NCBI GenBank assembly: GCA_963753345.1
Contig: CAVWBU010000036.1
Location: forward strand, 1-64,000
Source: an uncultured Fibrobacterota bacterium
Lineage (GTDB): Bacteria; Fibrobacterota; Chitinivibrionia; Chitinivibrionales; FEN-1185
Direction of reading: 5' to 3'
Length of the DNA stretch: 64,000 nucleotides
Numbering within the stretch: position 1 is the first letter of the stretch; each line of letters begins with the position of its first letter. The notes under the pieces were generated by a model. It saw nothing but the letters and a program-made list of their open reading frames with translations. It had not been told where the DNA came from and searched no databases. Positions 54,029 to 62,788 of the stretch are shown here, piece after piece. The translations under genes were made by a program, and so were the position numbers.

Positions 54029-54131
54029 ACCAGGATATCCGGGATTAAAACCGATTATCAGGATAACAGGGCAACAGACGGCATCACCGCAGGAATTGCG
54101 GTGGCTTCCTGACAAGAAAGAAAGGAATACC

Positions 54132-55940
54132 ATGGATGTGAAGGCGACCGCTTCCAACAAGAAACTCGAGCAGTGGGTAAAAGACATTGCCGGCATGTGT
54201 CAACCTGACGGCGTTCACTGGTGCGACGGCTCGCAGGAGGAATACGACGGCCTGTGCGCCCGGATGGTTTCGTCGGGCATGGCCACGCAGCTCAATCCGG
54301 CAAAGAAGCCGGGGTGTTTTCTGTTCCGCAGCCACCCGTCCGACGTGGCGCGCGTCGAAGACCGTACCTACGTGGCGCCGCATTCAAAGGATGATGCCGG
54401 TCCCACAAACAACTGGATGGATCCCGACGCGCTCAAGAAGAAAATGACCGGTTTGTACACAGGCTGCATGAAGGGCCGCACCATGTATGTCATTCCTTTT
54501 TCCATGGGGCCAATCGGCTCGCCGATATCGAAAATCGGCGTGGAAATCACGGATTCGCCCTACGTTGTGGTGAACATGAGGATTATGACCCGCATGGGAA
54601 AAAGAGTGCTTGACGCGCTCGGCGCGGACGGAGAGTTCGTTCCATGCCTTCATTCGGTGGGAGCGCCGCTTGCCAAAGGACAAAAGGATTCCGCATGGCC
54701 CTGCGCGCCCGATATCGCCAACAAATACATAAGCCATTTTCCCGAGGAGCGGACCATCTGGTCGTACGGGTCGGGCTACGGCGGCAACGCGCTTCTGGGC
54801 AAGAAATGTTTCGCGCTGCGCATTGCGTCGGTGCAGGCGCGCGATGAAGGGTGGCTGGCCGAGCACATGCTTATTCTGGGCATAACCAATCCTCAGGGAA
54901 AAAAGAAGTACTTTGCGGCAGCTTTTCCAAGCGCCTGCGGCAAGACCAACCTTGCCATGATGATTCCCACGATTCCCGGCTGGAAAGTGGAAACCGTCGG
55001 CGACGACATCGCCTGGATGAAGTTCGGCCCGGACGGAAGGCTGCACGCCATCAACCCTGAATCGGGTTTTTTCGGCGTGGTGCCGGGAACCTCCATGGAT
55101 TCGAACGCCAATGCCATGCTTTCCATTGAGAAGAACACGATTTATACCAATGTAGTGCTCACTCAGGACAAAGATGTCTGGTGGGAAGGAATAGGGTTCG
55201 ATCCTCCTGCGGGAAAAAACATCGACTGGACCGGACAGGAATGGGACATGACCATGCGCCGGACAGGCGCGCATCCGAATGCGCGGTTCACGGCCCCGGC
55301 CGCGCAATGCCCGGTCATTGATCCGGCATGGGAGGATCCGCAGGGAGTTCCGATAAGCGCGATCCTTGTCGGCGGCCGCAGGCCGACAACAATACCGCTT
55401 GTGCATCAGGCTTTTTCGTGGAACCACGGCGTTTTTCTCGGATCGATTGTCGGCTCTGAAACCACCACGGCAAACATCGGTGCGGTCGGCGTGGTCCGGC
55501 GCGACCCGTTTGCCATGCTTCCGTTCTGCGGATACCACATGGGCGACTATCTGGCGCATTGGATTGAAATCGGCAAGAAGACCGCGGCCGACAAACTGCC
55601 CAAGATTTTTTATGTGAACTGGTTCAGAAAAAGCGACGACGGCAAGTGGCTGTGGCCCGGCTACGGCGAAAACAGCCGGGTGCTCAAATGGATATTCGAG
55701 CGCACCGACGGCGCGACCAATGCCGTTGAATCTCCAATCGGCTACCTGCCCGCTCAAGGCGCCATAGACACCAGCGGTCTGCCGGTTGCGGCCTCGGACA
55801 TGAAGGAGCTGTTCAGGGTGGACGCAGCGGAGTGGAAGAAGGAACTGGAGGGGATCAAGGACCATTACAGGAAATTCGGATCAAGGCTGCCTGCGGCTCT
55901 TTCCGGCGAGCTTGCGGCTCTTGAGAAGCGGCTGGGATGA
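54132..55940 (+). CDS. pckG: Phosphoenolpyruvate carboxykinase (GTP)
   Basis: [40 protein letters not shown]. Confidence 0.97.
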   Translation: MDVKATASNKKLEQWVKDIAGMCQPDGVHWCDGSQEEYDGLCARMVSSGMATQLNPAKKPGCFLFRSHPSDVARVEDRTYVAPHSKDDAGPTNNWMDPDALKKKMTGLYTGCMKGRTMYVIPFSMGPIGSPISKIGVEITDSPYVVVNMRIMTRMGKRVLDALGADGEFVPCLHSVGAPLAKGQKDSAWPCAPDIANKYISHFPEERTIWSYGSGYGGNALLGKKCFALRIASVQARDEGWLAEHMLILGITNPQGKKKYFAAAFPSACGKTNLAMMIPTIPGWKVETVGDDIAWMKFGPDGRLHAINPESGFFGVVPGTSMDSNANAMLSIEKNTIYTNVVLTQDKDVWWEGIGFDPPAGKNIDWTGQEWDMTMRRTGAHPNARFTAPAAQCPVIDPAWEDPQGVPISAILVGGRRPTTIPLVHQAFSWNHGVFLGSIVGSETTTANIGAVGVVRRDPFAMLPFCGYHMGDYLAHWIEIGKKTAADKLPKIFYVNWFRKSDDGKWLWPGYGENSRVLKWIFERTDGATNAVESPIGYLPAQGAIDTSGLPVAASDMKELFRVDAAEWKKELEGIKDHYRKFGSRLPAALSGELAALEKRLG

Positions 55941-56068
55941 CGGGCTACGATTGTTCACCAGGCTAGGGGTTTATTATATATTAATGAACCAGGCCACAAT
56001 CGCCCTTCCGGCTTGGCCAAAACCATAAAGAAACATCGCACTGCGACCACAACAGAAGGACATGAGCC

Positions 56069-56905
56069 GTGCCTTGGTTTATCAAGTCTAAGACTGCGGA
56101 AAAGCAGACCAAACCGGTCAAGGACGACATCTGGGTCAAGTGCGATTCCTGCAGCGCTCATGTTTTTAAGGAAGACTGGTACAATTCCCTCAATGTCTGT
56201 CCCAAATGCGGATTTCACGGCAAGCTCACGGCGTATGAGCGCATCGGGCAGATCCTCGACATTGAGACGTTCAAAGAAATGTTCGCCTCAATAACTCCGT
56301 CCGACCCACTCTCCTTTGTGTATGCCAAGGGCAGTTACAAAGACAAGGTGAAAGAAACCCGCGATAAAACCGGGCTCAATGAATCGGTCGTGTGCGGCAC
56401 GGGAGAAATCCATGAAATTCCCGTTTCGATAGCCGTAATGGATTTCCGGTTTTTCGGCGGCAGTCTGGGCAGCGGTACCGGAGAAAAGATCCTGCTTGCC
56501 TCAAACTACGCATACGAGCACAAAATCCCGTACATCATTTTTTCCGCCTCAGGCGGCGCGCGCATGCACGAAGGGATCCTTTCGCTCATGCAGATGGCCA
56601 AAACATGCGCCGGCATTGCACGGCTTCGCGAAAAGAAAATCCCCTACATTTCGGTCCTTACGGATCCGACGACGGGTGGCGTCGTTGCTAGTTATGCCAT
56701 GGTAGGCGACATCAACATCGCGGAACCAGGTGCGCTGGTCGGCTTTGCCGGCAGGCGCGTGATAGAGCAAACCATAAAGCAGAAACTGCCCGAAAATTTT
56801 CAGACCTCAGAGTACTTTCTTGAGCATGGCTTCATCGACCTTATCGTTGAGCGCAAGAATCTTAAAGAAACCTTGAAAAACGTTCTCCTCTACTACACCC
56901 GGTAA
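56069..56905 (+). CDS. accD: Acetyl-CoA carboxylase carboxyltransferase beta subunit
   Basis: WVKCDSC..CPKC Zn finger, SGGARM, PTTGGV, GFAGRRVIEQT. Confidence 0.94.
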   Translation: MPWFIKSKTAEKQTKPVKDDIWVKCDSCSAHVFKEDWYNSLNVCPKCGFHGKLTAYERIGQILDIETFKEMFASITPSDPLSFVYAKGSYKDKVKETRDKTGLNESVVCGTGEIHEIPVSIAVMDFRFFGGSLGSGTGEKILLASNYAYEHKIPYIIFSASGGARMHEGILSLMQMAKTCAGIARLREKKIPYISVLTDPTTGGVVASYAMVGDINIAEPGALVGFAGRRVIEQTIKQKLPENFQTSEYFLEHGFIDLIVERKNLKETLKNVLLYYTR

Positions 56906-56929
56906 AAGGTCCCAGCGGGGCAAATTCAT

Positions 56930-57880
56930 ATGAGCGATTATCTTGAATTTGAAAAGTCGATTGCCGAGATGGAGAAAATGATCGAGAAGCTCAAATCGAT
57001 CTCTCCCGACGAGAATCATTACAGCGACGAAATCGCCGAGCTTGAGAAAAAATGCCTCCACCAGAAGCAGGAGCTATACTCCAGCCTCACACCCTGGCAG
57101 ACGGTCCAGATCGCAAGGCATCCAAAGCGTCCCGTGCTGCAGGATTACATTTCGCTTATTTTTTCAGATTTCATCGAGCTTCACGGGGACCGCTGTTTCG
57201 GCGACGACCAGGCGCTCATCGGCGGGTTCGCCACCATCGGCAAGCGCCGGGTGATGCTTGTCGGCCACAACAAGGGCAAGAACGTCGACGAAAACGTATT
57301 GCGCAATTTCGGCCAAGCAAAGCCCGAGGGATATCGCAAGGCGCTCCGTCTCATGAGGCTTGCCGAGAAGTTCAATCTGCCCATACTTTGCTTTATCGAC
57401 ACGCAGGGCGCGTATCCAGGCGTCGACGCCGAAGAGCGCGGTCAGCCCGAAGCCATTGCCACCAACCTCACCGAAATGGCGCGTCTCGAAGTGCCCATAA
57501 TAGCCGTGGTCACCGGCGAAGGCGGCAGCGGCGGCGCGCTTGCCATCGGCGTGGGTGATTCGGTGCTCATGCTGTCGCATGCGGTGTATTCGGTGATTTC
57601 TCCCGAAGGGTGCGCATCCATTTTATGGCGCGATGCGTCATTTTCGCCCCAGGCCGCCGAGGCGATGAAGCCCACGGCCCAGTCGCTTCTGTCGCTGGGC
57701 GTGATAGACGAGATAATTCCTGAGCCCCTTGGAGGCGCCCACCGTAACCACGAACAGACCGGCCAGGAAATCAAGCGCGTGCTTCTCAAGCACCTCAAGA
57801 AACTGTGCGCCCAGTCTGCGTCGAGACTGGTGAGACACAGGTTCGAGAAATATTCAGCGATGGGATTGTTTGCAGATTAG
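56930..57880 (+). CDS. accA: Acetyl-CoA carboxylase carboxyltransferase alpha subunit
   Basis: YLEFEK, ELHGDR, PEGYRKA, GEGGSGGA, SVISPEGCA. Confidence 0.95.
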   Translation: MSDYLEFEKSIAEMEKMIEKLKSISPDENHYSDEIAELEKKCLHQKQELYSSLTPWQTVQIARHPKRPVLQDYISLIFSDFIELHGDRCFGDDQALIGGFATIGKRRVMLVGHNKGKNVDENVLRNFGQAKPEGYRKALRLMRLAEKFNLPILCFIDTQGAYPGVDAEERGQPEAIATNLTEMARLEVPIIAVVTGEGGSGGALAIGVGDSVLMLSHAVYSVISPEGCASILWRDASFSPQAAEAMKPTAQSLLSLGVIDEIIPEPLGGAHRNHEQTGQEIKRVLLKHLKKLCAQSASRLVRHRFEKYSAMGLFAD

Positions 57881-58079
57881 GTGCGCGTTTTTATGATCTG
57901 ACCGCAAAATCACCACAGAGACACAGAGGCCACAGAGAAAACGAGAGCGAGAATCAAGAATGAAATTCACCAGGTGCACCGTTTTTTCAAGGCTTTCAAC
58001 TTCCAACTCTCAACTTTGAACTCTTCTTCTCTCCACGGGGTGAAAGTATTTTAGTTTTTCAAACCAACAGGATACAACC

Positions 58080-60071
58080 ATGGCCGCCATAAAAAAACTG
58101 ACCATAGAAAACAAACTCCACAAGATCCCGCTGCGCATCACCGACACCACGCTGCGCGACGCGCACCAGTCGCTGTGGGCCACCCGCATGCGCACCGCGG
58201 ATATCGAAAAAATCATCGACGTCATCGACAACGTCGGCTATTATTCGCTGGAATGCTGGGGCGGCGCGACGTTCGACGTGTGCCTCCGTTTTCTCCGCGA
58301 GAACCCGTGGGAGCGTCTGAGGCTCATCAAGTCGAAGGCGAAGAAGACGCCGCTGCAGATGCTTCTGCGGGGGCAGAACCTTGTGGGATACCGCAACTAC
58401 GCCGACGACGTCGTCGACCGGTTCGTGGCCCTTGCCTGCGAAAACGGCATGGATATCTTCCGCGTGTTCGACGCGCTTAACGACACGCGCAACATCGAAG
58501 CAGCAGTGAGGGCGGTCAAGAAACACGGCGGTCACGCGCAGGGGACGCTGTGCTACACCATAAGCCCGGTGCACACCATCAAGAAATTCGTGTCGTACGC
58601 GCGCGAGCAGAAACAGCTCGGCGTGGATTCGATTTGCATCAAGGACATGGCGGGAATTCTTTCGCCCATCATGGCCGAGCGGCTCGTGAGCGCGCTTATC
58701 AAGGAGCTTGAAATACCCATCCAGCTCCATTGCCATGCCAGTTCCGGCATGGCGATCTCCAGCTACGTTGAAGGCGTCCGCGCCGGCGCGGGCGCGATCG
58801 ACTGCGCCATTGCCGCAATGGCCGGAACCAGCAGCCAACCGCCTGTTGAGACCATGGCCGCCATTTTTTCGGAGACCGACTATCACGCCGATCTCAACCG
58901 TGATGCCATGCTCCGCGTGCACCGGTACTTTGCCGACCTGTACGCTCAGCGCAACACCGACACGTCGCTCGTGTTCTGCATCGACCCCCAGATCCTCATC
59001 CACCAGATCCCGGGCGGCATGATCTCGAACTTCCGCTCCCAGCTCGCGAAGCAGAATGCGCTTGACAAACTGGAGGACGCGCTCACGGAAGTCACGCGCG
59101 TGCGCGAGGACCTCGGATGGCCGCCGCTCGTGACGCCCACGAGCCAGATCGTGGGGACACAGGCGGTGATGAACGTGCTTTCCGGCGAGCGATACAAGAT
59201 CGTCCCCAACGAGGTGAAGGACTATTTCCGCGGCCTGTACGGCCGCGCGCCGGCAAACGTGAACCCGGAACTGGCAAAGAAGATCCTCGGCGACGAGAAG
59301 CCCATCACCGTGCGGCCCGGCGACACCATCGCTCCCATGCTGCCCAAGGCGACCGAGGGAATAGATCCCAAGTACATCAAGAACGAGGAAGACATTATTT
59401 CGTACTGCATTCTTCCCGAGCCGAGCCTTGAGTATTTCAAGTGGCGCGACATGCCGCCGGACAAGCGTCCCGAAACGCCGGCGGACCTGGAGCTTAAGAA
59501 ACTGAGCGCTGCCGCAGAAAAGAAAACCGCGGTGACAACGGAGAAGAAAGAGGAGGCTCCTTTCCTCGACCAGATACTGCACCCCGAAGATTACCGCGGA
59601 CTCGGCGAACTCCTCAACAGGGCCGGAGGGCTTCGGCTTGACGAATTGACAGTTAAGAAAGGCGATTTTTCCCTGTCGCTCAGATCGGACACCACGAGAA
59701 TGCCTGTAATTCCCAAACCGGTTCCAACTGCCGCTCCCGGGGAGGCTTCTACAAAAAAAGAGGGCAAACCGGCAGAAGCCGGACCCGCGGCCGCAAAGGA
59801 AGAAAAGAGCGCGCCGATCCCAACGGTTGGACCGTCGATCAAGGCGCCTCTGGTCGGCGCGTTCTATTCCACGTCCGGACCGGGCAAGCCGAAGCTTGTG
59901 AACGTGGGAGACGTGGTGGAGGCCGGGACCAAGGTGTGCATCGTGGAGGCCATGAAGCTGTTCAACGAGATAGTTGCCCCTGTCAGGTGCAAGATCCTTC
60001 AGTTCCTCGTGGAGGACGGGACCACGGTGGAAAAGAACCAGCCGCTGATTGCCATAGAAGAATTAAAGTAA
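58080..60071 (+). CDS. Pyruvate/oxaloacetate carboxyltransferase (PycB/OadA/5S-like) fused to an AccB-type biotin carrier
   Basis: LRDAHQSL, WGGATFD, IKDMAG, HCH, PLVTPTSQIVG; C-terminal LDELTVKKGDFSLSL, linker, APLVGAFYS..PGKP, EAMKLFNEI. Confidence 0.9.
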   Translation: MAAIKKLTIENKLHKIPLRITDTTLRDAHQSLWATRMRTADIEKIIDVIDNVGYYSLECWGGATFDVCLRFLRENPWERLRLIKSKAKKTPLQMLLRGQNLVGYRNYADDVVDRFVALACENGMDIFRVFDALNDTRNIEAAVRAVKKHGGHAQGTLCYTISPVHTIKKFVSYAREQKQLGVDSICIKDMAGILSPIMAERLVSALIKELEIPIQLHCHASSGMAISSYVEGVRAGAGAIDCAIAAMAGTSSQPPVETMAAIFSETDYHADLNRDAMLRVHRYFADLYAQRNTDTSLVFCIDPQILIHQIPGGMISNFRSQLAKQNALDKLEDALTEVTRVREDLGWPPLVTPTSQIVGTQAVMNVLSGERYKIVPNEVKDYFRGLYGRAPANVNPELAKKILGDEKPITVRPGDTIAPMLPKATEGIDPKYIKNEEDIISYCILPEPSLEYFKWRDMPPDKRPETPADLELKKLSAAAEKKTAVTTEKKEEAPFLDQILHPEDYRGLGELLNRAGGLRLDELTVKKGDFSLSLRSDTTRMPVIPKPVPTAAPGEASTKKEGKPAEAGPAAAKEEKSAPIPTVGPSIKAPLVGAFYSTSGPGKPKLVNVGDVVEAGTKVCIVEAMKLFNEIVAPVRCKILQFLVEDGTTVEKNQPLIAIEELK

Positions 60072-60086
60072 GACTACGAAAAAGAT

Positions 60087-60257
60087 GGGCGTTCCCCCGG
60101 CTGTGCAGAGGCGTAGCGCGCTACGCCTCTGCACAGCCGGGGTCGGTCTCCCTACGGGCTCGGCTATTCGCCTCGTTGCCGGACCGCCCCTAGTCGCCTT
60201 CGGCGAGGGGTCGGCCGGCAATGCGCTCTGGCGCACCCTCCGGTCCCCCTAACGCGG
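60087..60257 (+). repeat. Structured palindromic element (Flavo-1-like) with a 48-bp perfect palindrome
   Basis: GGGCGTTCCCC...GGGGTCGG...CCCTAACGCG ends; perfect palindrome 60095-60142. Family name is from recollection only. Confidence 0.55.
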
Positions 60258-60414
60258 CGGCAACGGAATTCATTTCAGTCAATTACTTCTTCTTGCGCCA
60301 ATTGGTATCCACCTAGTCAACGTTATTTCTTCTCAACTCCTCAACTTCTCAACCTCTCAACTAATCTTCTTGGTGCCCCCGCGACCAAGGTTTCTTTCTT
60401 GCAAATTTACTCTC

Positions 60415-60582
60415 TAGGGGGCTACCCAAGAGAGGAAAGCGCCCGCCCAACAGGAAGGGCGGAAAGCGCTGCCGAGGACCGCGAAGAGGGCCGAGGCCGG
60501 GGGAGACGACCCTTGGAAGTATGCCCCTTCGGGCATCCCTGAAGAGGGACCCGACGGGGTATACCTCTCCCCCGACAAATCT
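60415..60582 (-). ncRNA. Candidate structured small RNA, copy B
   Basis: 11-bp closing stem GTCGGGGGAGA/TCTCCCCCGGC, tetraloop hairpins, motif shared with 6066-6194, downstream GC hairpin with a pyrimidine tract. Confidence 0.5.
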
Positions 60583-60766
60583 TTTGATGTAATAGCAACC
60601 CTGCCTGCCGGAATTGTTGATTTTTCGCCCCCGACAGAGTAATTTTTAAGCGTTTTAGGGGGGTAATCAAATCCTCGATTTGTGGGACGGCGCAACCAGA
60701 CGTAAATGATTGCGGCGGTATGTGTTGACTACTGCGACATCACATGAGTCGGAAGCCTGGAAAACC

Positions 60767-62738
60767 ATGATATCGTCATCAATAAAAACTCGGGTGGGGC
60801 TGCGCCGGGGTGTCGGCAAGAATGCAGAGCCTTCAGTCACCCAACGAACTTGTACCGCTCTGGCTTTTTTCCTTCTCGCTGCGGCGCTGTTTGCCGGCAG
60901 CAGTGCGCAATCTCCCGACGAGCCCATCATAACTCCTTTTGGCCAGACGGGGCTCAAGTACACCGAAAGCGCGAAAACGCTCGGCGCCGGGAGGCTGGTT
61001 TTTTCGGCGTTCGGCGATATGAGCCTTGACGCTTCGGAAATAGATTATGTCAATATCAACAACCTCAGCGTCGACCGAGGACTAACGCCCAAAAGCAACC
61101 AGTACTCCCTTATGCCCGCGTTGGGGTTGGGCATTACCCGCATCCTGGATTTTTCCGCCGCCCTTCCATTGAACATCGACTGGACGTCACGGTACGCGGA
61201 TACAATTTTCGGTCATGTGGAAGGTTACGGAGGTCTGCAGGGCGGCATCGGCGATCTGGAAATGAAGCTCAAACTGCAGGTGCCTCCGCGCAACGGCCCG
61301 CGTGTTGTCGATATGGCGCTGCTGGCGGGAATGAGCGTGCCCACGGGCAGCAAGACACAGGGATTTTTTCCCCGCCACACTTACTACCTTCTTAAGGATT
61401 CCTTGTTGACGAACACGCCCAGCGGCGACACCGCGCAGGCCATTTCGGAATATTATTCGTCGGGCGCCGTGGAAACCGAAGGGAAAATCATCCTTACCTT
61501 CAACTGCTGGGAACACGGCGCCGTGATTCCGCTCCAATTGCATCTCAATCTCGGGACCCGGCTCATTTTGGCGCGCGGATTCGATGAAGTCATCCTTTTT
61601 GATGCCGCAGCCGAATACAGGCCCGCGCCGTGGTTTTCACTGTATGCGGAATTGAGCGCGGAACCGAGGCTGGGCAGCATCACAAACGGATTCAAAATCG
61701 GCGAACGACCCGCTCAGGATTTCTCCGGGTTTCACCATGCACCTCCCGGAAGGCATGTTTATCTCGTTGGGCGGCGACTGGGGACTTTCCTCGCACGATC
61801 CCATCACCTACGAAAAGGACGGCTCCTTCACCGAGGCGCGGCTGCAGCCCGATTGGATGGTGAGCGTGGCGGTGGGATGGACCGGGTTCCTTTACAAGGT
61901 TGAACCCGGGAAGAAAGTGGTAAAGAGCGGCGACAGCGACAACGACGGAATCCCGGATTCAATTGACAAATGCCCCATGGTTCCCGAGGACTGGGACGGG
62001 TTTGAAGACCAGGACGGGTGTCCGGATTACGACAACGACAAGGACGGCATCGCCGACTCCGTCGACGAGTGCCCCGACGATCCCGAGGATTACGACGGGT
62101 TCAAGGACAAGGACGGATGTCCGGACCCGGACAACGATAGGGACGGCATCTGCGATCCTTGGGTCGCCGACCAGCACCGCGAGGACCAGTATGCAAAGAT
62201 CTGCACGGGCGTTGACAAATGCCCCAACCTGCCTGAGGATTTCGACGGGTTTGAAGACCAGGACGGTTGCCCGGACTACGACAACGACCTTGACGGCGTT
62301 CCCGACAGCCTCGACAGGTGCCCCAACGAACCCGGCCCTGCCGACAACCAGGGATGCCCCAAGCCAGTGGAGGCTCCGAAGGTAAAAGAGATCAAACACG
62401 GCAGGCTTATTCTCAAAGGCGTCGAATTCAAGGGAACCTCCGCCGATCTTACGGCAGAGTCCTTTCAGAAACTCGACGACGTTTTCGAATCGCTCAAAGC
62501 GTATCCGGGAACAAAGATTGAGATTTGCGGTTACACCGACAACACCGGCAACCCGGCCGCCAACAAAAAGATTTCGCTGCGCCGCGCCGAAACCGTCCGG
62601 GCCTACCTTATTCTGCGCGGGATAGATTCCTCCCGCATCACCGCCGTAGGCAAGGGCCCGGAGGATCCGATCACCAACAATACGACCCCCGAGGGCCGCG
62701 CGTTCAACCGTCGTATCGAAATGAAGCGCATCGACTGA
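60767..62738 (+). CDS. OmpA-family protein (beta-barrel, TSP3 repeats, OmpA C-domain); +1 frameshift near 61704
   Basis: GIGDLE barrel strands, DxDxDGIxDxxDxCP repeats, GYTDNTG..SLRRAETV..NRRIE. Removing one base gives IGNDPLRISPGF. Start uncertain. Confidence 0.85.
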
Positions 62739-62788
62739 CGCAGGGATTCGGTGCGGCCGCGATCGTTAGTACAACAGGGAACAATGCG

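Noticed and set aside
58080-60071. Plain Na+-pumping oxaloacetate decarboxylase alpha subunit (oadA)
   Set aside because: No oadB or oadG nearby, an AccB-like biotinyl region and accAD context. Not fully excluded without the rest of the genome.
60500-60560. Hammerhead ribozyme (CTGAAGAG here, CTGACGAG on the minus strand at about 6130)
   Set aside because: No GAAA after a stem II and no stem III with a UH site; the CUGANGA lies inside a simple hairpin.
60497-60577. Glycine riboswitch, tRNA-Sec or SRP RNA
   Set aside because: Only a partial GGAGAG..CCGAAG resemblance. It lacks CUCUCAGG..GGAC, a T-loop and CCA end, and the SRP GGAAGGAAGCAGC motif, and has no downstream gene on that strand.
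60590-60612. sigma54 promoter for RNA copy B
   Set aside because: Spacing is GG-N11-GC rather than the required GG-N10-GC.
61930-62360. Tandem DNA repeats resembling a CRISPR array
   Set aside because: They are coding thrombospondin type-3 repeats; there are no fixed repeat-spacer units or cas genes.
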